From Fimbriosthenelais zetlandica (Eukaryota): a stretch of DNA of 64,000 nt. The stretch is from assembly GCA_977030845.1 (NCBI GenBank), contig OZ365109.1, positions 23,312,001 through 23,376,000 of the forward strand. The letters are read 5' to 3'. Below the pieces are notes generated by a model. It searched no databases, had not been told where the DNA came from, and saw only the letters and a program-made list of their open reading frames with translations. Within the stretch, counting starts at the first letter, position 1, and each line of letters opens with the position of its first letter. A program made the position numbers and the translations under genes. Shown here in pieces: positions 26,804-40,030 of this stretch.

Positions 26804-26901
26804 CCCAGCAGGCACAAGACGTCTTTAAAGACGTTGTGAAGACGTCTACAACGTCTTCACAACGTCTAAAGACGTTGTGAAGACGTCTTGTGCCTGCTGG
26901 G
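26804..26901. mobile_element. 98-bp palindromic MITE with CCC termini, CMC/EnSpm-like
   Basis: Perfect 22-bp TIR cccagcaggcacaagacgtctt / aagacgtcttgtgcctgctggg, with TT on both flanks (2-bp TSD). The interior is built from AGACGT/ACGTCT motifs. Confidence 0.8.
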
Positions 26902-28783
26902 TTGCTGTATTACCCAAATGCATCGCACATTCACGAATTACCTGCGCAGCCCCTAAGACAAACATAATGTTCAGGATTTAGAAAGAAAATAGTGTAGTTG
27001 ATATGATGGATTGTAATTGTCCTGAAAGTCATTTGCCACCTCGACTCATGAGGACAGGAAGTAATTTAGAAATTAAGGAATTATATAATGGAACGGATTT
27101 GTAGCTGTTCAAACATTACTGTGATAATCCTAAAAGACCTTTAAGATAAGAGGAAACCGTCATGATCTCGATTCAAAAGACGTTCAAGTGTTAATGCATG
27201 AATCCCTTACTAAATAGATGGAAACCTCACAAGTAGACATGCTGAACGAGGTGCCAAAACGGTGGAAGAATGTGTGAAAGGTGGGGCCTTCAATGTGTGA
27301 AATCTTCTAATGTACCAATCAATTGAAACGTCCAACTCGGCCGCCCCACCCTGCCAAGGGTTACCACTCAAGACAGATCGCCTTCCATTGTGGAGGGTGA
27401 GAATTTCTGGGTCATAACCAATATTGGCTTATTGACAGCCTCATCAAAGCTTGGATGAAGCAGATCGATTAAGTGGACAATGCTAGGAATATGATGAAAA
27501 TGATTGGGCTTATCAAATCGATGGACATCTTATTTGCAGTTCATGTTCTTCCCTGCCGCCAGCCTCCGTGTAAGTGATTGGATATTGCCAGTCTATACTG
27601 TTGTGCATGAGAATTTGGCTCGGCTTCGAATTACTTTGGACTGCGATCTTGTATGGCTCTGCTTCATGGAGTGTTGTATATATGATAGGTCTATAGGCAC
27701 CTGTCTTATTGTCATGATGGAGAGGATAACAACAATGTCTGAAAATTTCATACTGATAGTGGATCGAGAAAGAATGCAGATTAATTGAACCTATTTTCTT
27801 ACAATGCCGGTGTTACTTGAACTGACAATGCCTTGCCATTCTTGCAAAGGGGGCTAATTGCTTCAAGGTACCATTTATAAGTTGATTTTCCATCAGGGAT
27901 AACAATATCAATTTCTATTATCTCTTATATCGGGACTCCACTGAGCCACAAGAGCCTTACAGCTCTTGCAGCTATGTTGTTTTTCTACTCTCCTGCCACT
28001 CTTGCGGTCATTGCGTTTCTTGCTGTCATTGCGGCTCGTGTCTTCCATTGCAAATTCAAGGATCGCAATCTGCATGATTCCTTATGGATTCCTTATGGTC
28101 GGTTCAGACTGGAATCCGCAAGGAGGTCTAGTTTACACTTGTTAAGAACTAAAGTTCTACATCATCATAAAAGTTGCCTCATCATGTTGCATACAACGGT
28201 GTACAACGTTTGCATAGCAGTGGCAGCTTTTGGTGTGTATGCTTAATACAGGCATAGTACCAAGTCAAAAATGACCCACCTTGGGATCAGCCTATTGATA
28301 TAGAATACCTATAAAATCAAGAAGCAGTCCTGTATTCTTCATCTCTCTCATACATCCCTCCACTAAAATGGTCTTACAAATTACATGGATGATTGAAGTC
28401 TAATTAAACTGGGGCTGAATAGCATTCCCGCCAGGCATTTGAGACAGGCCAGGGCTTAAAAAAAGATGAAACGAGCATGTTAACTCCACGGACATGAGGC
28501 CGACTCCGGGGGTATCTTATTTCATCCATCTGGTTTATTTATATCTTTTCAACACGCCTCCTATAATCAGGTCGTGTTGGACAGAGGCGTTTGGCAATGC
28601 CAAAGCAATATTCCCCAAACTGGAAGCCTTCCGGTTTGGCAATTGTTTTCTCCTCCGTTGCTTATGCCCCAGTCACAGTGAGTTGGAATCAGCAGGAATC
28701 AACCAGAACTAAAATTCGTGCTACAGTCGAGAAGGGCTTTCAAAAAGACGAAAATTTACAATGCAACTCTACCTGAAAAGACA

Positions 28784-30077
28784 TCACACTAGTGTAGGAA
28801 TGAGCCCGAATGTCATCTGAATCAAAGTTCTTTCTACATTCCTGGGTATTCGAATTGCATTTTACAGATTCCAATTGCATTCTGATGGAGTCCAAATGGA
28901 TTCTGAATTTTTGGTCTTATTCTTGAGGCTAGTTGGAAAGTTTTGGTCGAAGTCAAAACTTTCCAGTTACATTCTTACAGCAGAAATATCGAACTGCATT
29001 CTAAATTATTCGAAATTCATTCTGGAAAGCACCTGGAATGATTCTTCCACATTCTAGAATCTAGGCTGGAATGCATTTGGAACGCAGTACAAATATTTAG
29101 AATTCCCTTAGAATAGAGTCAGACTGTTTAGAATGCACTTAAAATGTCATACAAGTGTGGTTTGATTGCTGCTCGAGTCCCACATGAAGTCTGGCTCGAA
29201 GGAGCATCAGAATTCACCTAGAATCGAGGGAAAATGCTCCCGGAATGTGGTTTGATCATCTAGGAATTAATCCAGAATGCAGCTCGACTATACTTATAAT
29301 TAATGCACTTGGAAGAATCTTAGAATTCACTTGGAATCGAGAGAGAATGCTCTCGGAATATGGTTTGATCACCCAAGAATTAAAACAGAATGCAGCTCGA
29401 CTATCAACAGTTTAAGTTACTGAAAGCAGTAAATTTATATTATTTTATCCAGATTTCACCCTAATCTGATCAGAGATAAGAGAAAATTGTCCTTTTGCCA
29501 CTTTCAATGTTTATGAACATTGTTACAACTTTGGTTTCATATAAAAAAAATGTATATCTAGATACATTTGTTGGTCATCTCAGCTTGCTCTTGTATTCAT
29601 ATGTTTTATTGAGAGCTTTAACACTGTTCGTTCAAGCTCATCTTTTCACTTTAAAACGAAAAATCCAAGACACTCTGTAATAAATTCACCGCCATTTAAT
29701 TTGGGGTGGAAAGAAAAAATTATCGTAAAATAGTAATTTTATTGACATTTTTACTTAGAATTCCCTCTAGAATTCCCTTCAGAATTTCCCTCGAATACGA
29801 TAAGAATGTTTCGAATGCTGTTGGAATGTCATAAGACTATTTGGAATACATTCAGAGTATATTTGGAATACACTTCGAATCTCATTCGATATGTCTCTAC
29901 CATGAATGCAGTTGGAAAGTTTTGAACACGAGCAAAATATTTGAGCCGGCCCTGGAATGGGTCAGAATCCTTGGAAAACACTCAGAATTCTGTTGGAATC
30001 TCAAGAAAGCAAATCGAATACCCAGGAATAGGAAACAATTTTCATTCCAACGGCATTCGGTCCCTCGTGTGACTGGG
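28784..30077. mobile_element. About 1.3-kb non-autonomous foldback-type element with long imperfect TIRs and GAAT/ATTC subterminal repeats
   Basis: 28805-~29000 aligns as an inverted repeat with ~29870-30062 (shared ccgaatg...attcctgggtattcga.ttgc...agattccaa...attctga...tcaaaactttcca). The right terminus reads CCCAGTCACAC; the left terminus is degraded. A diverged direct repeat of about 83 bp lies near 29209-29291 and 29321-29404. Confidence 0.7.
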
Positions 30078-30568
30078 GTATAATATAAGCCTTGTAAAGC
30101 AGAATGAAAACAATTTAATTCAATTGATTCGGCAGACCGCTATGTCCATGGTATGTTTCCCACTGTTTCCCTATAAGGGAAAGCCAATATTGCTTCTATA
30201 AATAGTACAGTAAGCTTCTGTCAAATTAGATATGGGTGGCATGTGATAGACTGTTTGATATCCCTGCTTTTACACGATGGGTTATAGATAAATTGGCATT
30301 CAATACCTCAGTCAAGTCTTTTATGTTCAATAACTGGGGTTTTGATGATCAATTTTGCTAATATCCACTCTGAGATTGTAATGAAATGCCCACAATGACT
30401 ATCGTCTTTTAATGGAACGGGATTCAAATGGATCCATTAATGTAATGTCCGCCTGTGTATAGCCTATTCAACTCAAACATAATTTGAGTCCGAGTGCTAG
30501 TTTATAACAGTTTAATGTAAGAAGTAATGAAAGTTGTTGTACATAAGCACACTGTAGGCCAGCCCATA

Positions 30569-31259
30569 CTGCCCTGTGTTGTCATAACACAGTAACTGCA
30601 TCACGGGTCATTTTGAGTAAAACGACTTTTTCTGTTTCAACAGACCCACAACTCACATTCACAGTACAGTACTAATAAAGGTGTTTAATTGTACCAGGGG
30701 ATAATGTTTTAATTAAGTGGTATTACAAATATTGGTAATTGACAGTTTTTCGGTCACAAACACAATATTTTTGGTAATTTTCATACTTACTGTCTTTTGA
30801 TTTCAAAAGACTTCTGCAGGATATCAGCCTTCTTGTCTTTTGGAATACCCCGAGGGATATTTATTGCAGGACAGGGGGTTTCTATCTTATAGTTCTTTTT
30901 TAGAAAGTCAAATTCAGTGAATTGTGTGCTCTCAAGGTCCACTTTCAACACTTTGTATTGTAGTGCCAAGGGTGTGATGCAAAAAACAGTATCTGCCATA
31001 TGTTGTAATGCAGATTGCATCAAGAAAGCAGTAACTATAGCCATCACAACACAGTATCTTGACTTACTGTCTTTTCATTTCAAAATAGAAACCAAAATTG
31101 CAGTTACTGTGGAATTCCCTAGCGGATATCTCCAAAACTATTTTGAAGTGGGGCTAAATATTTCGCAGGAAGATGGCCACCATGTTAAAGGTTCAGAATC
31201 AACTCCTAAGTCAGTTACTGTTTTTTGGTCAATTACGGTGTTTTGAGATCACAGGGCAG
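30569..31259 (-). mobile_element. Non-autonomous DNA transposon (691 bp), Sola-like, retaining a transposase C-terminal remnant
   Basis: Imperfect TIRs of about 30 bp (ctgccctgtgttgtcataacacagtaactg vs reverse complement ctgccctgtgatctcaaaacaccgtaattg) and an exact 4-bp TSD CATA at 30565-30568 and 31260-31263. Minus-strand 30811-30957 reads YKVLKVDLESTQFTEFDFLKKNYKIETPCPAINIPRGIPKDKKADILQK, which I recall as resembling Sola-type transposase C-termini (PRGI..KK.DI..KL). The superfamily call is an inference. Confidence 0.75.
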
Positions 31260-33970
31260 CATAGTGATGTGAACGTGCATGTTATTATAGCAACCAGTAG
31301 CAGGATACTAAAAAGAGGATCATATCACGCATGTATGAGAAACTGCAAGTTACGTTATTAAAATGAAATGGCCTGCTTTATTTGCTCACAGCATTTTAGT
31401 ATGAGGAGGGAAAGCGTCAGATGGATGTGCCTTGGTCTGTAGTGAGTATACTCGGCGCAGACTCGAGGGTCGCATTGGCGAGACCGTAGCTCCCTGCTTG
31501 ATTCTATTAAGGGAGCAGCCCTCGGAATAACGAATGGTTATGGTGCAAGCCCTTAGACCCTGCCTTAGACTTGTTTCTTATTCCCGACCCCTGCTGGGAA
31601 CACCGGTCCATAATCATCTCCCTTGATAACTTTATAAGGGGAACAGATGTTGGGCTGTTCGCTGCGACTCGACAGCAAGTGTGGACAGAAAGGCTCGTAC
31701 ACATTCTAGAGGTTGCGGCGAAAATCACACAGATGCTGACACGAGTGCACCAGCTGTAATATAACGGATCAGTTTGATAAATGACCCTTCCACACACCCG
31801 AAAGTGTCAGGCCTCATAATCAGTCAGATTTAATTCCATAATATTACGATAATTTTGAAGGTAGCGGGGGTGTGGGCGGGAGGAGAAAATGCCAAAGACG
31901 CGGAGATGGTGGCAGATTGGCGAGGTCCTGTGCCCCAAGCCTTCTTGGCAAGGAAGATAGAAGGTGGGACGATGCTTTTCTTGCTTCAATCTTGTTTTAA
32001 CTATGGTCAAATTACCGGGGCGTTTATACTTTCAAAGAGAATCAGAGTGTATCCTACATCACTTCTATTACTTGAGGAAGCTTCCCTTTATGACATGAAA
32101 CAAGAGTGCCTAATGCAATTCTCTTACCTTTCAGGCAGAGCGTCTCTGCTTTGATGTCAAGTCGTGTTTTTGAAAGAGGGAATGCTACAGAAGGCTATGT
32201 CACGTTCGTGGAAAGAATGGCATAATACAATTTAATGGTAATTTTCCCCCATCTACCTCATGTACTACGACTATGGAGGTGCAATAAAGGCAAGCTTTGG
32301 ACAGAGCCATGTTGGCAGAGAGCTGCCTTGCCCCGTATCACATGTCATCCTGCTTTTGCTCAACCTGAAAGTGCCCGGAAGCTATGCATTGGGCTGACGG
32401 CAGCTTCTGCCTGTCTACACACTGTTTCGACACTATTTTTCTGTGAGTAGGGGCTTTCATTTACAGCATTGCAGTAGGATGAAATGTCAGTTGACTGCTA
32501 GGTGTGTACCACAAGGCTTTGTCACATTGTCATTCATCTGAGAAGAGAGCCTGTTGTATGAACATTATTTTCCCCCTTCTCAGGAAGTGCTTTGTTCGTG
32601 CAATTTGGCACGATGCATCACTAAAGGCCACCAACTTGCCTCATAGGTTAAGGTTAGCTGAGCAATGTGTCTCTTTCGGCGAGTTGGACTTGGCAGAGGA
32701 ATTAGCCCTCATGCCAGTCATAGATCAAATAGTGCGCCGCAGTTAGCTGACAAACAAATCCCAGTCACTTCAGGCATACAATACTATTTCTTCTTAAGTG
32801 AAAGGGTCGTTCAAGTAAGTAAGGCTCGCTATCCTGTAGATCTAAGCTAGAACATTTCTCCTGGTACTATAGCTTTCCTGCATGAAGTGGCAAATAAAAA
32901 GGCACTAAGAACCTGTGACAAGAAGCTATATAGGAACTGTAATTGACCTCTATGCCAGTGAAAGTGACTTCTTTGAATATTTGACCCTAAAACCCAACTG
33001 ACACTTATTGCATTACTCTCTTTCCCTGGCTGATGGAGGTGTTTTGATGCGAAACTGGAGTGAGACCTAGTGCAACGTGAAAGGACATCTTGGCTTCGCA
33101 GCCAGATCACACCAGGCGTTTAATGGCAGTATAATGGCTTCTCCTATTCACGAGTGAAAACCTTGATGTGTCACCATTTCCACCGTCCTAAATCTCTTTA
33201 AACCCTTCAAGAGTCATTTATATACATTACATGTAGAGCTCAGCCTTTGCTCTTCTCTTCAAGAGTAGGAGATTAGCCTTAATAAAGTCTTCAGTAGTCT
33301 TTTTTTCAGAGGTACACTTTTTACATTGAATGCCGAGTTTTTAGCTCTGGCACCATGAAAAGGTAGATGGAATACCTAAAAGAAAGCTCGAATCTGTGTA
33401 GATTGCTCATTCGTGGATGATTGCTTTTGTTTTATATTGGATTAGCACAGAGATGACAGCACAGACAGATAGGATTCAGTAAAACCCCTGTCAGGTGGTA
33501 TGAGTTGGTGGGTGGAGGGATTGCCCGGGTGTTTGCACACACACGTCGTTGTTGCGTGCTGCTGCCACGACAACGTGAATTATCCAGTGTACTCTCTGAT
33601 GAATCCGCGCCGAAGGCAATGGTAAATATGTGCACCACAAGGCCCTCAGCCAGAACATATTGCTCGAAAAATAGCCCACACTTTAAAAAAAAGATGATTA
33701 CTTTCTCTGTCTCTGTACAGCATTGCTCCTTCATCCCATAAGCTTGTAAGACAAATTTGAGCAGAGTCAATACTAGGGCACCTGGGTGGAAATAACTAGG
33801 TGATAGCCCATGACATGAATCTTTTTTTAGTGATAGACGACATAGGAATTCCATATGTAGGTTCAAAGCAATGTAAAGGTCGATGTTATCAGCATTCTAT
33901 ATATGAGACTAAAAGACACTAAAGCCCTTTGATCAAGGCTATTCATTAACAATTAGCGCTGAGGAGTTCT

Positions 33971-34027
33971 GGGCCCTGTTTCAAAAGGAATTTTAGCAAT
34001 GCTAATATACGTTTTGAAACGGGCTCC
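33971..34027. mobile_element. Tiny PIF/Harbinger-like MITE remnant
   Basis: Inverted ends gggccctgtttcaaaa / ttttgaaacgggctcc. Related solo ends ggggcccgtttca occur near 36030 and 55165. Confidence 0.45.
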
Positions 34028-37000
34028 TGATATCATTCCGAGGTAGTCATGGAGGTATCTGTTGGGACCTATGTATTCTGAAAGAAAACGACTGTGCAGT
34101 CGTCATATGAAATGCATGATATTTGATTCTCCCAAGCCGCAGCTTTTATACTAGATCAAAGATTCCTAATATGTATTAGTAATGGGATATGAAAGAAAGT
34201 ACTGCATAGATCTGAGGTCTTATATTCACATACCCATGCTAAGTGACTCAACAAAAATGGTCTTTCGGATGCTATCAGCTAGTAGGCTCTGTTCCTATAC
34301 AAGCCTTGGAGCAAGCAAATAATAGATGCACATGGTGCATTTGTATCCCCAGAATATCAGATATGCGTAGGTGTATGCCTTTGTCTCTGATCAGCTTGCC
34401 CCTATGACATTGGTGTTAGCTTCTATCACAGACATCAAATTGGATCAGCAAAATAGATGCTACATTTAGGTGCACACCCCCATACTGAGACATGATTCAC
34501 AAGTCCAAGGCCATGTCCCTCTTCTCTATGGGTCAAATGGAGTCTTTTCTGTTACTTTAAACATGCCTTGTTCGTTCACGAATATAATAATCAGCTTGAT
34601 CTTGTTGGAAATATAATCATTATAGGCATCATTATTAACTTCTTTTTTTTGGCATCATTCTTGGAGCATATATAATACCATTATTGACAATCATAGCATA
34701 CCTGTAAACTGCCTGCTAAGGTTGAGGTATAGTCTGTAAAAGAGATCAATTGAAAGCAGTGACCAGGCACGTTCTATCCTGTTAGCAGTCAGTGCATTTG
34801 CTGCCAGGCAGTCAACATTTGATCTGCATATATATAAAGGTGCGTCTGTGTGAACTTCCGAATGCCAATAGGTTTGTATGTGCAGAGCCAATGTCATACC
34901 TTAGACCGAATCAACGTCCCAGTGTCCCAGACCAACACAGACGGCCGTTATCGTTTATAACATATTTATAGGATGTCAATTATCCTAATTTGGGCAGCAA
35001 TTGCTTGAGGATCAGATCGAGTGTACCTAGCATAAGCTCTAGCATAAAAAATTAAAAACACTAAATCCGTTTTCTGCAGGAAGTAAACATTAAGATTTAC
35101 AGAAATCAGAAAACGGAAGAAAAACATTTGAACAGATGGAAGAATGACATTTAAGCTTTCCGCAATTTGATAGGAAATATACGACGCATTTACAACACAG
35201 CATGACTTTTCATATAGTAAAAAAGGGTTGCCCCTTACCTATTGGATCTCTATTGGATCCTATAAAGTGTCAATATTCCTTATAGCTTCTCAGTGAAACA
35301 GAATCACCTCAAGCCCTGTGATGGGAATAGAGGTTAGGGTCTGTATAAAGGAGATAAACGTAGCGAGTACAAGGACACAGAGGCTGTCAATTGTTTAAAA
35401 TCGGCCAAAGCTCCTGGCATTGGAACTGCCTTTGATGTTCACCTGCTTGGCATGGCCCATTCCTTTATCTTACTTTTTCTTTTTTCAGCTGAAGGGCAGG
35501 GTCGAAGACTAACTGGGGGCTATTGTTGTTAGTGCAGACCGTTTTCTTTTATTCAGGTTAAAGCAGGCCCAGTTGTTTCACTAAACTTTCCAACCGGTTA
35601 ACACAGTCCCTGGGAAGTACACATCCAATGATCTAGAACCTCATGTTTACCAAGTTTGATTTAAATGAGAAGCAAAATTCAAAGGTGAAATGTGAAGACC
35701 AATAAAATGTTGTTGCCGATCTATTTTTTTTCCATCATCTTTGAACAAGTCGGCGGTGTGTTGCTTTTTCCAGGCATCATGTCCTCGAGGAAGGCAATTT
35801 TGCAAAGCAATATCCTTTCAGTGATTATTGACAACCAGGTTCATGTTGATTAACATGGCTTGTGTCGATTATGTCTGTTGTATTATAACTAGGATAATAT
35901 CAGGATATTACAAACCAACATTAATTAAAATGAACACCATTTGAACAATATAACAGCATTTGAATAATATAATATTACGTCCAGTCATAAATATAAGTAA
36001 CTGGCCGACTTTCACTCAATTTTGAGACTGGGGCCCGTTTCAGCCGAAAAAAAATCCCATTGACTTAGTACTGCTATTTCAAAGGGTATAAGCGAAAGGA
36101 AGAACCAAAGAATACCATGCAGTCATCTCTTTGAAGAGAAATTCCAATTAGTTTCACTAGCCATTCCCGTTTGATACTAGGACTGATTAGAGCCTTCCAT
36201 TCCTTCAAGCCAATACATTTGAACACTATTTTAAGAATAGTAATTCAATATCCAGTTTCAATCTTTGTAATAACCATCAGTGCAATAATAGGCACAGCCT
36301 TATCTAAAGGAACTGCATCTTGATGAATAGGAAACTGTCCATGTTGAAGAATTACTTGTTCTTGTTATAACATAGGCTACCACCAACAAAGCCCCCAGTC
36401 AAATTTGTCTTTAAACTATTTGGCTTTGGAATTCCCCTTACACATCTAGTGTTAGGTTGCCTTAGTGGCCTAAGCCAGGCGTGTTTGCTTAAGTCATATC
36501 AATCAGGAAGTGGGCCCAAACACAACGCCAATTGCCGGAAGTGGCCTGACCATGGTTCTGATTGGTCTGAATGTCCGTACTTATCCTCAACCCTTAGGAA
36601 GATCTGCTAATGGCTCCCTTTTGGTCACTTATAACGGTCAGTGACTGGCCTTTGAAGAGGCCTGATCGTAATTTGAAAGCATGTATAGGAGTAGGTTGCA
36701 GGTATTGACTATATAGGCTGATTACTTTAGTCAATAAGACCAAACCTAAGTCTAATGGGCCTCTTGTGACTTGCATCTCAACCACTAGCGGGATGCACTT
36801 GAGAAGAAATCAACTAATCAATCAAGCCGAATCATTTTCAGATTCGATCTCAATGGCTGCCTCCTACAGTTAAATGAAGGTTTCTCAATGTGCGACTACT
36901 CCGATTCCATGTCACATATTTTCCAATTAAACTGTGTGTTATATGAATAAGGGATTTGTTTAAAACTGCTTTCGCTATGGGGGTGCAGGAAGAAGAGGGG

Positions 37001-40000
37001 GTGTAGGGGAGAGAATGGGCGAGTGAAGAATGGAGGGATGGCGTGCCGAGACGCGAGGACGCCCATGTTTGCTATACGCTCTGATCAATTATTGCCGGTG
37101 GTAAGGTGATGCTGATGAAAAACGGCCGTCAATGGTGAGTGGGGAAAACCAGCCCGGCCAAAACCCTCGTCAGCACTGTTGATGGTGGTGTTTGGCTTTC
37201 GGAGGTAGGGTAGAGTTTTCATCAATTAGACCTCAGACAAGCAACACCCTAGCCTTTGCAAATACCATCCGCTGGCCACAGAGGCACCGCAGCTTGAAAA
37301 GATGATCTTTTTAAAAATTAAAGTTGATGATTTAATGGCTGCTTGAGCCAGTAAATAATGATTTATCAATGACCATGTGAGAGAGTGGACCACCCAGGGT
37401 TTGCTCCGTGTGGCTAAAGCTCCGGACAATCAAAGGGCCTCGTGCCTACCGTGGTTGAATACCCTCCAGTCCCTATCATGGAAGAAAACCCTGTCACAGC
37501 TCCCCCATTGCTTACTGTCATAATGGATTCAATTAACTGCTAAACAGGCCTCAGAACGTCTGACAGGCTGATCATGTTCTTTATCTATACCTTGACAGAC
37601 AAAAGGAGCTTATCAAAGATAATCTCGATTGCCATCGTGGGTATAAGCAGGACATTGATGCGTGGGCATTGAGGCGAACAGGGATGGCTTGGGTGAGGCG
37701 AAAGCATCAATAGAAATGAATGACATTACAAGCCATGGTAACCCAAGTATTTATGCCTTGGGACGCCACACTGGGTGAAAGCTGGCAGTCACTGCCAGCA
37801 AAGGTCGACAGATTCAGCAGTCACCTTTTGAACAGAACCCACAGAGGCTTCCCATTCTGGAAACAGGCTTGGTGAATGAGACATTTTTATGCCTGGAACC
37901 TTCTTTTGGTCAAGCGCCTTGGTAATGAGCACCTTGTCAAATTGGCCAGGCCATAACACGTTCTGAACTTAAAAGCAGGTTATTGTTAATCTCATATTTC
38001 AAGTGGCTCTTTGAAAAATGTCACTTTTTTCCTTGACATATGAGGAATCAGTAGAATGGAAGCAGCACATGTTTTAAGCATCAGACGTGCCGTCCCTGGA
38101 TTGCACTAATTAACCCAGAAAGACGTGTAAAGGACGCTTATTCTGGAAATATGTGTGCAAGGTAGAGAACATGATTACATCCATTAGCAAACGGTCAAGA
38201 GATGGATTCTTTTGATGGCCCCTTGGATTTCTGACAACTTCAAAAGGCTACCCCGCCTCCAGGCAAAGTGTCTCGGGTATTTTGGTGTGGACTGGACTCG
38301 TGAGGTAAATGATACCCGGGAAGGAGCTCCAGGTTTGGGGCAACCTTCGTTTGCATTGGTGGGCAAACATTGCCAACCTGACACCCAAGATATCTGTCAC
38401 AAAAACAGACCCTCTTTCTTACCCCAGATGCCCTTTCTTCTGCCAGAAATCCGAGACAAACTTATCGTTAAATAATTAACCGCCTGATTTGAGATTTTCT
38501 TTTTCTTTGTGTGAGCTCCATTTCAGGTTCCAGGTTCACCATGTCAGGTTCCTTTCAACTGTCTGGAAAGCCATCACCAAATGCCTCGCAATCTTGTGCG
38601 GAGTGCATCCGCCATCACTGGTCCACTGTCACATCATCTGTCACATTCTGCTCTACCCAAAATGGATAATATGGTAATTCATGGTAATCAACTAATTAAC
38701 GTAATCATAAAAAAAAAGTTACCAAAGCGGTAACTTTCGGTATTCTGGCATCCAGAGGCCAAAAGTTGTAGAAATCGCAGTGGTGACAAATGTTGCTCCC
38801 GGTGGTGAATATGGAAATCACATGAGACGCAAGCAAAAAAAAGGACCCAATTTTTATCAGTTGCTTCCTTGGACAGCTTCCAATCTACCCAAACAATGTT
38901 TCTTGTCAAAGCCTCGTCACCTTCGGGTGTTGAACAAAGCGGTTGTCCCCCCCGGGAAGCAGGAAATGATACAGATACAGCATGGGACCTGATTCTAAAA
39001 CCGATGACACCCCGACTTTGGCGGGGCTGACGTCTTATTTTGACACCTAGCATAATGTCGTTCCTTCGCCAGTAGAGATAGCCTTGTTGGCTCTTGGAGC
39101 CATGGGGAGATATGGAGCCGGCAATGTGATAATACCACAATCAAACCACCAACACCAATGCCTCTGCCAGACTCATCTTTCATTTCATCCCCTCGAGGGT
39201 AAATGAAGGCCCATTATGCTTTTTAGCTCGTCAAACATTTCATATCAATCTGGTCTTATCGGGCCCCACACAGGATTGGCACTTCTTATCTGGCAGAATG
39301 TAGACCATAGGGGATTCCGAGCCTGCCATGTGTTAGCATAACCACCCTCCATGCTAATTTCCATTCTAATTATTCCTCATAACTCGCTCTTTATTGATTT
39401 CGAGCGATCAATACTGGAACCATTCACACTTAGGAAAAGGCAATGGATCATCTTGCCATCAGGATCCAAGAGTGAAATCTCAAACTGGGCCATTTGTGCC
39501 TCTTTTGGCTCGGCTCTTATGGTGGGTGCGGGAAGACAAGGAGTTTATACGAGATTCAACCGGGACAGAGGGAGGAAAAAAGAAAGAAAACTAATGGCTG
39601 AAAAGTAATCAGGCTTGGACTGAGAATCTCTTATCTCGCAAGCAATGCGGGAATATTAACATGTTCAAAAAACAGGAATCGGATACCATGGTATGGATGT
39701 GCATGCCTCAATGCCATTAGGCACTGTTCGGGGACACCATATCAAGAGGCTCTGTGAAGGGGCATGATTGTGTTGCTCCCTTTTAGGCCGATGAAAAGCA
39801 CTTGGCTATTTATACCTGTTACATCCACTCGTGAAGGAAACAAAGCCCAAAAGATATAGACAGTAATTTGTACAATATAAAAAACATGGACGTCTTGGAA
39901 TGTTTTTTTTTAAATGACACCAACTTCCCTAAGAGAAACTCCGGATTATACAGGTATTATCCCAATAATCCCCATCTGCCACACCATATACATGTAGGTG

Positions 40001-40013
40001 GTAACACCCCTCA

Positions 40014-40030
40014 CCCCCCCCCCCCCCCCC
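40014..40030. repeat. Poly-C run (C17) in a C-rich patch
   Basis: Read directly from the sequence. Confidence 0.9.

Noticed and set aside
32480-32850. Plus-strand peptides IIFPLL...IWHDAS...LAEELAL and QVSKARYPVDLS resemble Copia (GalEa-type) RNase H; a minus-strand HSFR resembles a tyrosine-recombinase motif
   Set aside because: The two readings are mutually exclusive. No upstream RT motifs, LTRs or downstream continuity are visible, and the similarity is too weak without a profile search.
33536-33577. Short hairpin (cacgtcgttgt...acgacaacgtg), and a similar one at 58146-58211, as possible pre-miRNAs
   Set aside because: The stems are only about 11 bp and do not extend to the roughly 30-bp pairing expected of a pre-miRNA.
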